Shown: positions 51,650 to 59,364 of the stretch, one piece after another | Layout: each line of letters opens with the position of its first letter | Numbering within the stretch: position 1 is the first letter of the stretch | Origin: Gammaproteobacteria bacterium AqS3 | GTDB lineage: Bacteria; Pseudomonadota; Gammaproteobacteria; MEIF01; AqS3 | Direction: 5' to 3' | Assembly: GCA_001750645.1 (NCBI GenBank) | Contig: MEIF01000228.1 | Location: forward strand, 79,322-143,321 | Length of the DNA stretch: 64,000 bases | Program-made: the position numbers and the translations under genes | The notes under the pieces: model-generated | The model's input: the letters and a program-made list of their open reading frames with translations, nothing else | Database searches by the model: none | What the model was told of the DNA's origin: nothing

Positions 51650-53124
51650 ATATATACGAGGCAGTCTTTTTGGGCGAGACCAATGAAGAAATATGCGCTC
51701 ACTTATTGCAGCACTTCAACAAGGGGGAGTATCAGGAGGATCTTTGCTTTGCCCTTTGGCGCCCCAGCACGGGTCAAAATCGCTACAGCGCTTTGATTTA
51801 CAAAGCCATTCTCCCCCATGAGGGTGAAAGAAACCTCCATGGAAATGTGGAGTTCAATCCAAATTATTTGTCCCGCGCCATTAACCTGGCCTGCCGGGAG
51901 GGTGCAGGACTTGCCTTTATGCACAGCCATCCGTCCGATGGCTGGCAGGCCATGAGCCAGCCGGATGTCGTCGCTGAAAAGGAGGCGATTTTTTATCCGG
52001 CACAGGCCACACAATTGCCGTTGCTGGGGTTAACGGTGGGAACCGACGGTTATTGGAGCGCTCGATTTTGGATCAGGGAGGGCAGGAAAAATCAGATTCA
52101 TTGGTGTCAAAAGGTCCGGGTGGTCGGCGAGAAAAAATATCAGCTCTACCATAACGATGCCCTTGCACCCGCTCCGAAGAGAAGAAATATCCTGCGGAGA
52201 ACTTATGACACCTGGGGGGCAGAAAAGCAGAACGATATTGCGCGTCTCAAGATCGGCGTGGTGGGCTTGGGCAGTGTCGGCTGCATTGTTGCCGAGGCGC
52301 TCGCCCGAGGCGGCATTCAGGAAATTGTTCTGATCGATCCGGATCGGGTGGAGGAGCACAATCTGGATCGGCTGCTGTATGGAACGCAGAGCGAGATCGG
52401 CCAATATAAAGTGGACGTGGCTGAGAGGCGCCTCCGGCTCAATTCCACCGCAGAGAGGGTTGCCGTTCAAAAAATCCCGCTCTCCCTCCGCGATGAGCGG
52501 GCTTATCTGGCGGCGCTGGACTGCGATCTCCTGCTGAGCTGTGTCGACCGTCCGGTTGCCAGGGATGTGCTTAATTTCATTGCCTTTGCGCATTTGATAC
52601 CGGTGATTGACGGGGGCATTGCCATTGAGCATGCGGAAAATCTGGATTCATTCTTTGCCCATTGGAGGGCGCACCTTGTCACCCCATACCACCAGTGCAT
52701 GCGCTGCAATGGCCAGTACACGACCAGTGACGTGTCTGTGGAATTGGATGGATCGCTGGACAACCCTGCCTATGTCAGCAGTCTGCCGCCCGAGGAGCGG
52801 GGCCGCAACCAGAATGTTTTTCCGTTCAGCCTGCATGTTGCAGCCATGGAAGCCGGCGCCATGTTTCGGTACTTGGTGGCGCCTGATTGGTGGCCTCCGG
52901 TTCAGCAGCAGGACTATGATTTTTTAAGGGGTACGACAACCATTCAGAACGACAAGTGCAGGCCACATTGCGTATTTCAAAATGAGCGAATTGCCCGGGG
53001 CGATGCAATCAACCCCAATCTCAAAAGCCTGATTATTCGGACAGGTGAACCAGACAGAGACGAACGGAAAAGCTGGCTCCGCGGTTTATTGTCTAAATTC
53101 ACCAGAGCTTTCGGTAAGGAATAG
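51631..53124 (+). CDS. JAB/MPN metalloprotease domain fused to E1-like (ThiF/MoeB) adenylyltransferase (TTG start)
   Basis: N-terminal JAMM motif E...HSHPS...S..D (FMHSHPSDGWQAMSQPD). C-terminal Rossmann KIGVVGLGSVGCIVAEALARGGIQEIVLIDPDRVEEHNLDR. Cys pairs CMRCNG ... CRPHC. Confidence 0.75.
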   Translation: MQSPEVNIYEAVFLGETNEEICAHLLQHFNKGEYQEDLCFALWRPSTGQNRYSALIYKAILPHEGERNLHGNVEFNPNYLSRAINLACREGAGLAFMHSHPSDGWQAMSQPDVVAEKEAIFYPAQATQLPLLGLTVGTDGYWSARFWIREGRKNQIHWCQKVRVVGEKKYQLYHNDALAPAPKRRNILRRTYDTWGAEKQNDIARLKIGVVGLGSVGCIVAEALARGGIQEIVLIDPDRVEEHNLDRLLYGTQSEIGQYKVDVAERRLRLNSTAERVAVQKIPLSLRDERAYLAALDCDLLLSCVDRPVARDVLNFIAFAHLIPVIDGGIAIEHAENLDSFFAHWRAHLVTPYHQCMRCNGQYTTSDVSVELDGSLDNPAYVSSLPPEERGRNQNVFPFSLHVAAMEAGAMFRYLVAPDWWPPVQQQDYDFLRGTTTIQNDKCRPHCVFQNERIARGDAINPNLKSLIIRTGEPDRDERKSWLRGLLSKFTRAFGKE

Positions 53125-54034
53125 AGGAGGCCACAAATCTTGGCCCTCTCAAACCTTTTTGCTTGCCCAGCTGCTCAAACAGTGTCCGCACTCTTTCCAG
53201 GTCCGGCACTCGGGGCCCGATCGTAATGATGCTTCCGCTTTGCAAAAGATTTTTGGTCTTTAGGGCATCTGTGTCAACATATTTCCTTATGTGAGATGTA
53301 GCCGGTTTATAGTCAAAGGAGTGTTCTTTCTCCCCTATATCTTGATATGGAATTAAAATTCGACTTTCTCTTTCATGCTTATAGGCGCTATCCTTGTATA
53401 AAAATCGCAAAACAACAAAATACTCCAAAATTTCTTCGATAAAGGCGTTTTTATTCTCCTCACTCAACTTATCTTTCCAATAACCCTTATATCTTTGCAG
53501 GATTCCCCCAAACTCTTCCGCGCATTTCTCGAGGGCTCTTTTTTCATAGGCTACTTTGTATATTTTTTCCGGCCTGATAATTTTAGGTAAAGCTATAGAG
53601 CAGCCCAGCCCATCCTGCCCGTATGATTGCCAATACATCAGCTCATCTTCAACACCCTTTTTTCCCCCTATGAAGGAGCATGAAAACGGGGGGTTTTTTC
53701 TGGGAGTGATTATTTCTTCGGGCAATTCATATTTTTTTTGAATTTCGTTGAGGAAATATTTTCCTTCATTGGGATCATTCGTGGCTGAAATATCGTAACA
53801 CCTTAATCCCCTGCTCTCATGGTGCGGGGGTTCATCTGTCTCGCAGGGAAGATTATTGAGCATTGAATAAACTGTTTCCATATTGGTGTAATGAACAAAA
53901 TATTCCAGACTTTCGTCAGTGTCGGTCACGAGATAATTATCAGCAAGATAATGATCTATTGACCCTCGAATCTCTGCCATCAAGGCCTTCCAATCCAGAG
54001 TGCCGGGTTCCAGCTTATTTGCCATCGTGATCAC
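53099..54034 (-). CDS. Hypothetical protein, DUF2971-like (tentative), convergent with the Ubl cassette
   Basis: Motifs FVHYTNMETVYSMLNN ... LRCYDISATNDPNEG fit my recollection of DUF2971 (HYT ... NDP.E). Same low-GC island. Confidence 0.35.
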   Translation of the reverse strand: MITMANKLEPGTLDWKALMAEIRGSIDHYLADNYLVTDTDESLEYFVHYTNMETVYSMLNNLPCETDEPPHHESRGLRCYDISATNDPNEGKYFLNEIQKKYELPEEIITPRKNPPFSCSFIGGKKGVEDELMYWQSYGQDGLGCSIALPKIIRPEKIYKVAYEKRALEKCAEEFGGILQRYKGYWKDKLSEENKNAFIEEILEYFVVLRFLYKDSAYKHERESRILIPYQDIGEKEHSFDYKPATSHIRKYVDTDALKTKNLLQSGSIITIGPRVPDLERVRTLFEQLGKQKGLRGPRFVASSIPYRKLW

Positions 54035-54092
54035 CCCAATAAAGCAAAATCAACGGCGGATTATACCGGGCATATTCGCCGCTTTGGCTGAC

Positions 54093-55259
54093 CTACCGCC
54101 CTGCCCTCAGACTCCATTTCTCGGCGCCCCATTGCAGCAGGATCAGCGCTGTGAGGACATTGCTGAAGAAGAAAAATCTCAGCGACAGATCGTGAAGCAA
54201 TACGATGTGGGCGGCGGCGAACAGCACGGCGGCCATCAGAAAACCGTTCTCGCTTTTCCAGAAATTTCCTTGGCGAAAATTCTGGATCAATTTATAGCCA
54301 ACCACTCCAAGCAAAACCAGGCGAAACAGGGTTCTGCGCCAAGCCGCAAGGATGTATTCAATGGTCCTCGCGTAGGGCGGCCAGTAATCGGAGAGCTGGG
54401 CTGAGATCGGAATGTCTCCGCCGCCGGCAAAAACACGCAGCAGCTCAGGTGTGTTATGCACGATGAATATGAAATTGAACAGGGCCAAATATCCGGGATG
54501 TTCGGAGAGGGTATTCGCCATCAAATAAGAGAGCAATGCCCCGGCATAAGCCAGATACTCCCACTTGGGCGATGCCTTTTGACTGTTTCTGACTTTGACC
54601 CAGTCGTCGCACAGCTGCCAGAGCATTAGCAGGGTGATGAAAATAATAAAATTGGTGCGAATCAATGGCAGCAGCACAATCAGAGCCAGCGCCCAATTCC
54701 GCCTTTTATTCCAGCACAGCACAATTCCCAAGGCGGCCACTGCGGCCAGCAAATCCGGGGTGGCAAGGGCGGCCACTTTGGGGAGCTGGAACACCAGCAG
54801 CGCAACCGGAAAAAGCGCGAATATGCGCCAGTTGCTGCCCAGCAGCGCCCCGCCAAACAGCAGGGCAAAAACGGCTCCGGCCAGTGCGCCAGTCAAGGCG
54901 ATGGCTGAACTGATGGTGTCGGTGAATAGCGACAGCGCCCGCACCGTCGCCAGATACAGATATCGGCCCTGATAAAACGCAACTTGGCGCTCGAAAAATT
55001 GCGGATCTTGGTGCGTCAATGTTCGGTACAAAATATCTTCTGTCAGCTCTCGCCACTTTTCATCATCAACGCTGGCCCGCACATCTGCATAAGTGGCCTC
55101 GTGCAGCTGAGCTCCGCGCGCACCCTCGAGATGCAAAATGGATGCGGTGTAGCCGATCATGTCCCAATTTTGGCGAGGATTCACCAAGCCGTTGGCCAGA
55201 ACCAGGGCGGAGAAAATCAGGATCGTCAGAGCCTGCCAGGGGTGTTGTTTGAGAATCAA
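54093..55259 (-). CDS. Polytopic inner-membrane protein, last gene of the arabinose-like operon; candidate GT-C-type arabinofuranosyltransferase (inference from position)
   Basis: ~10 predicted TM helices. 4-nt overlap with the dprE2-like gene. Occupies the aftA position of the mycobacterial Rv3789-Rv3792 cluster. Confidence 0.4.
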   Translation of the reverse strand: MILKQHPWQALTILIFSALVLANGLVNPRQNWDMIGYTASILHLEGARGAQLHEATYADVRASVDDEKWRELTEDILYRTLTHQDPQFFERQVAFYQGRYLYLATVRALSLFTDTISSAIALTGALAGAVFALLFGGALLGSNWRIFALFPVALLVFQLPKVAALATPDLLAAVAALGIVLCWNKRRNWALALIVLLPLIRTNFIIFITLLMLWQLCDDWVKVRNSQKASPKWEYLAYAGALLSYLMANTLSEHPGYLALFNFIFIVHNTPELLRVFAGGGDIPISAQLSDYWPPYARTIEYILAAWRRTLFRLVLLGVVGYKLIQNFRQGNFWKSENGFLMAAVLFAAAHIVLLHDLSLRFFFFSNVLTALILLQWGAEKWSLRAGR

Positions 55260-56011
55260 AATCGAATTCTTTTGAATAGAGCTTCAGGCAGGTGGCGCAT
55301 GATCCACATGATCGGCGCCCAAAGCTTCCCGACGTAGATCCGGTTTTTGCACCGCAGCACGCTGCGGTATATCGCCCGGCCGACCGCTTCGGGGGAGGCG
55401 GTCAACGGCTTGGGCGTTTGCAGATGGCTGATCATTTTGGTGGCGACAAATCCGGGCAGAACGGTCACAACATGCACGCCGGAACCGACCAGGCGCGCGC
55501 GCAGCCCGGACAGGAATGCGGTGAAACCGGCTTTGGCGGAACCGTAAATGTAATTGGATGCCCGTCCCCGATCACCGGCGACCGAGCTGACACCGACCAG
55601 CGCGCCGGAGCCGCGCTGTGCAAAACGTCCGGCCAACGCCTCCAGGATTTGCGCCGGCCCCTCGTAATTGGTTCGCATGATGCGGACGGCATCGGCGGGA
55701 TGGGCTTGATCATGCTCCTGGTCGCCCAGAGCGCCGACGCAGCAGATCGCAGCATCGGGCAGCTCCGGCAGGGCCTCAATAAAGCGGAGGTGGTCCGATA
55801 TGGCCAGGACATCAAATTCACACAGCGTCACTGAGACGCCGAACTGTTCTTCGAAAAACCCTCTGTTTTCCTGCAGGGTTTCGGCATTTCTGGCCGCCAG
55901 CTGCAGGTTCCAGCCGGCCCGGGCAAAAACCTCTGCGGTCGCCAGGGCGATGTTCGAGCGCGCCCCCAGCAGCAGCACGACGGGTCGGCGATCAGAGGGG
56001 TTTGAACTCAC
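55256..56011 (-). CDS. Short-chain dehydrogenase/reductase, DprE2-like
   Basis: TGxxxGxG-type Rossmann VVLLLGARSNIALATA. YxxxK region. ATGA overlap with the DprE1-like gene. Confidence 0.7.
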   Translation of the reverse strand: MSSNPSDRRPVVLLLGARSNIALATAEVFARAGWNLQLAARNAETLQENRGFFEEQFGVSVTLCEFDVLAISDHLRFIEALPELPDAAICCVGALGDQEHDQAHPADAVRIMRTNYEGPAQILEALAGRFAQRGSGALVGVSSVAGDRGRASNYIYGSAKAGFTAFLSGLRARLVGSGVHVVTVLPGFVATKMISHLQTPKPLTASPEAVGRAIYRSVLRCKNRIYVGKLWAPIMWIMRHLPEALFKRIRF

Positions 56012-57342
56012 AGCCCCAGTCGCTCCGATTGCATTGAGGAAAACCGCTCCGCCGCAGAGCAGCTGGATCGGAACTGCCGGAACGCCTCCAGCCGGTGTTC
56101 ACTCCGGGCAAACGACTGCGCACTCATGCGCGCGTCTTTGGCCAGGTAAAAATGCCCGCCGCAGGACAGCACGATTTCATCCAGCTGATTCAGCAGTTTC
56201 AGCACCCCGGGGGTCGCCGGAAAATCCAGCGCCAAGGTGTAGCCAGACATCGGAAAAGACAGGGTATTTTCGGCGCCATCTTTTTTTCCGGATCCGAAGC
56301 GCTTGAGCACGGACAAAAACGAACCCTGTCCGCTGGATGCAATGGCTTGCAGCAATTCGGCGAGTCCGGCTCGGGACTGCTCCAGCGGCAGCACACACTG
56401 AAACTGAACCAGCTTTGCGGAGCCGTACAGGCGGTTCCAGTTATGCAGCGCATCAAGCGGGTAAAAATAGCGATCCCAGTCGATCCATTGTGCCCGCCCG
56501 CCGGCGTGAAAATAAAGGGCATTGAAAGCCTTCAGCGTCAGGCGATTCAGGGTGATTTTGGGCAGATTGAACGGCACCGAAAGATGGCTCCGCCCGGGAA
56601 CATCGAAGGGCCGCCTGCCCAGCGAATCCGGCAGCTCATCTCGGCGGGCATGCTCCCCCAGAAGCAGCACCGAACGCCCCAGATGAGCTCCGCAGCCGAG
56701 GCTGTCAATCCAGGCGACCGAATAGGTGCTGTCGTCATGCGCGTCAAAGGCATCCAGAGTCTCCCCAAGGTTTTTTGAGCGAATGCATTTTTGTCGAATC
56801 CAGCCGGTTTCGACCGGCTGCAGCCTCACCGCCAGGCGCGCGATGATGCCGGTCAGCCCCATTCCGCCGAGGGTCCACTCAAACAGCCGGGGGTTTTCGC
56901 TGGGGGATGCGCGGATGAGGCGGCCATGCGCATCGATCAATTCGATCCATTCAACGAAACGGCCCAGCGAGCCGACTCGGTGATGATTTTTTCCGTGTAC
57001 ATCGGCGGCAGCCATTCCGCCCAGCGTGACAAATTTGGTCCCCGGCGTCACCGGAAAAAACCATCCATGCGGCAGAAACTGCGCAATAAGATCACCGAGC
57101 ATCGCACCGGCCTCGGCAGTGAGCAGACCGCTGTCCTGCTCAAAGCTCAGCACCCGATTCAATCGCCGCATATCGATGGTGCAGGCAGGATTGATCGCAC
57201 TGTCACCGTAGGCCCTTCCGCAGCCCCTGGCGATCAGTGAATCGCCGCTTCGGACAAGCCGGATGAGCTCTTGCTCTGATGCGGGTGCATGCACCTGGCA
57301 GTCCCACTCCTGAAAGCGACCCCAGCCATGAAGCTTGGTCAC
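56008..57342 (-). CDS. FAD-dependent oxidoreductase, DprE1-like (decaprenylphosphoryl-beta-D-ribose 2'-oxidase family)
   Basis: GWGR, RGCGRAYGDSA, VTLGGMAAADVHGKNHH. GTG start overlapping the GtrA stop (GTGA). Colinear with mycobacterial DprE1. Confidence 0.8.
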   Translation of the reverse strand: MTKLHGWGRFQEWDCQVHAPASEQELIRLVRSGDSLIARGCGRAYGDSAINPACTIDMRRLNRVLSFEQDSGLLTAEAGAMLGDLIAQFLPHGWFFPVTPGTKFVTLGGMAAADVHGKNHHRVGSLGRFVEWIELIDAHGRLIRASPSENPRLFEWTLGGMGLTGIIARLAVRLQPVETGWIRQKCIRSKNLGETLDAFDAHDDSTYSVAWIDSLGCGAHLGRSVLLLGEHARRDELPDSLGRRPFDVPGRSHLSVPFNLPKITLNRLTLKAFNALYFHAGGRAQWIDWDRYFYPLDALHNWNRLYGSAKLVQFQCVLPLEQSRAGLAELLQAIASSGQGSFLSVLKRFGSGKKDGAENTLSFPMSGYTLALDFPATPGVLKLLNQLDEIVLSCGGHFYLAKDARMSAQSFARSEHRLEAFRQFRSSCSAAERFSSMQSERLGL

Positions 57343-57746
57343 TGCACCGCCCGGGTTGTGAATACATAGTGTTTGTCGAGAAAATATTTGGTCACATATC
57401 CCGCAGCCAAGCCCAGCACGGCGCCCATTTCGCGCATGACATGCGTTCCCCAGATTGACCAAAACAGGGATTCGGTCAGCCAGAACAGCAGCGTGGGCGG
57501 GATGCCCATCGCCGAATACAGCAGGAACTTTCGGCTGTTGCCGCGCAGCGTCAGCTCGCGGTCGGAAAATATCCACCACTTGTCGAGGACAAACTTCAGA
57601 ATCAGTCCGGCGGCGGTGCCGCAGATCAGGGCTGCGATGAATCCCGGGCGGTCGGGGATGTAAAACAGCACGGCGCGCTGCGTCGCCAGATTGGCCAGCA
57701 CGGCCAGCAGGCAGAAAAGCGAATATTTCACGGCCAGAGTTGTCAA
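57339..57746 (-). CDS. GtrA-family small membrane protein (putative polyprenyl-phosphate sugar flippase), TTG start
   Basis: 135 aa, 4 TM. TTG overlaps the UbiA stop (TTGA). Same position as Rv3789 relative to dprE1. Confidence 0.6.
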   Translation of the reverse strand: MTTLAVKYSLFCLLAVLANLATQRAVLFYIPDRPGFIAALICGTAAGLILKFVLDKWWIFSDRELTLRGNSRKFLLYSAMGIPPTLLFWLTESLFWSIWGTHVMREMGAVLGLAAGYVTKYFLDKHYVFTTRAVQ

Positions 57747-58555
57747 GGCAGCGCTCCGGCCAGGCCCAGCGTACCGATGATCGCCAGGCAGATCAGGCTG
57801 GGTCGGTCGCGGATGGCAAACACCACCGGGTCGTCGTGCATCTCGCCCCTCAGCGTCAGCATCGCCAAGCGGGTAAACCAGTACAGCATCACCAGGCAAA
57901 CCCCCCAGAGCAGCTCCGGATGCGAGTACAGCAGCGTGACTTCGGGAGAATTGATGTAGAGCACCAGCACCAGAATGGCGATGTATCCCGAGGCGATGGC
58001 CACCATGGACAGGACGGGTCGGTCGCTGATCAGATAGGCTCTCCCGGGAACCTGAACCTCGCTGCGGCCGTATAAGTCGATCAATTCGGCCAGGCGCTTG
58101 AGCACCGCCAGAGCCAGAAAAATGAACATTGAAAAAGCCAGCAGCCAGAGGGAGACGTCAATCTCGCCGGCCGCACCGCCGCAAATGATGCGCAGCGTGT
58201 AGAGCAGGCTCAGTGCGGCGATGTCCAGCACCAGCTGACGCTTGATACCGCAGGAATACGAAATGGACAGCAGCGCATAGATCGCGGCGACCAGCCCGGT
58301 CGGCGTGTTGACCGAGAAGGCCAGAAGCAGGCCGGCAGCCACCAGGGACGGCGGCAGCCAGAGACCGTGTGCAATGCGCAGCTGGCCAGAGGCAAATGGT
58401 CGACCGCTCTTGCGCGGGTGGGAGCGGTCGGCGGAAAGATCCAGCAGGTCGTTGAAAAGATAAATTCCGGAGGCGATCAGGCAGAACGCTGCAAATGCCT
58501 CGAACACCGGCAGCCCCGCCGCCGGCGTCAATTGATGCCCGAGCACCATCGGCAC
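57743..58555 (-). CDS. UbiA-family prenyltransferase, DPPR-synthase-like (polyprenyl-phosphate 5-phosphoribosyltransferase)
   Basis: Asp-rich motif FNDLLDLSADRSHPRK, second motif region, 7-8 TM. N-terminus looks short; the ORF is in the same frame as the upstream HAD gene, separated only by TAG. Confidence 0.7.
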   Translation of the reverse strand: MPMVLGHQLTPAAGLPVFEAFAAFCLIASGIYLFNDLLDLSADRSHPRKSGRPFASGQLRIAHGLWLPPSLVAAGLLLAFSVNTPTGLVAAIYALLSISYSCGIKRQLVLDIAALSLLYTLRIICGGAAGEIDVSLWLLAFSMFIFLALAVLKRLAELIDLYGRSEVQVPGRAYLISDRPVLSMVAIASGYIAILVLVLYINSPEVTLLYSHPELLWGVCLVMLYWFTRLAMLTLRGEMHDDPVVFAIRDRPSLICLAIIGTLGLAGALP

Positions 58556-58615
58556 GAATATCAGAAAATTCTTCAGCCATTGATGCGGGCGCAGTGCGCG
58601 CAGTGCGGCGCGGAT

Positions 58616-59212
58616 CTACGCAGGCGGATTTTTGAGGTGCTGAACCTGAATGCCCGGGATGCCCTCCACCTGGCGGCGCAGCCGGTGCGATGCCCCCACC
58701 GTAATGGCGGCCGCAGACCGGCGCCAGACCGGCAGATCGCGGCGGTGATCGCCGACGTAGGCAAATCGCTCGCTGCCGTAGCGCCCGGCCAGAAATTCGG
58801 CCTTGCGGTGTCCGGACAGGTTGAGTTTTCCATCGGAGGCGTACACCTCGTCAAAGATCTCCAGATGATCGGCCACGGCCTGGGCGCACCGGTGATCGGA
58901 TCCGGTCGCCAGCACAATGCGGGCGCCCTTGGATTTCCACAGCCGCACCAGGTCGAGCACCTCGGTGTTGTAGGGCAGCCGGTCGTAATTGATGGACGAG
59001 TGCGCAGCCAGATGCTGCTTCAGCTGCGGACGCCCGCCCCTCATCAGAGCCCAGAGTGCACTCAGCGGAATATGCCAGCAGCGGGACAGCGAGGAAAAAA
59101 AGCTTTCCGCCAGCAGATCGGTGCGCACCAGACTGTGATCCAGGTCGACCACCAGAATATTCAGATCGGGCGAGGGGCTGACGGGCGTCGGAACCTGATC
59201 GGGTTGATTCAT
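58616..59212 (-). CDS. HAD-superfamily phosphatase
   Basis: Motif I VVDLDHSLV (DxDxT/V type), motif III K, motif IV GDHRRD. Confidence 0.6.
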   Translation of the reverse strand: MNQPDQVPTPVSPSPDLNILVVDLDHSLVRTDLLAESFFSSLSRCWHIPLSALWALMRGGRPQLKQHLAAHSSINYDRLPYNTEVLDLVRLWKSKGARIVLATGSDHRCAQAVADHLEIFDEVYASDGKLNLSGHRKAEFLAGRYGSERFAYVGDHRRDLPVWRRSAAAITVGASHRLRRQVEGIPGIQVQHLKNPPA

Positions 59213-59364
59213 TTGCGCCCCCGGTGAACCCGCTGCCGAGCCCTTATGGTGCAGCTGACGGCGGGATTTTACAGGAGGAACGACGATGCAAGCCCCGGAT
59301 CTTGAGCCAAGAGGGTGACCTGATATGCTTCTGACGGCTGATAGAAGTTCTGACAGGGGGAGAT

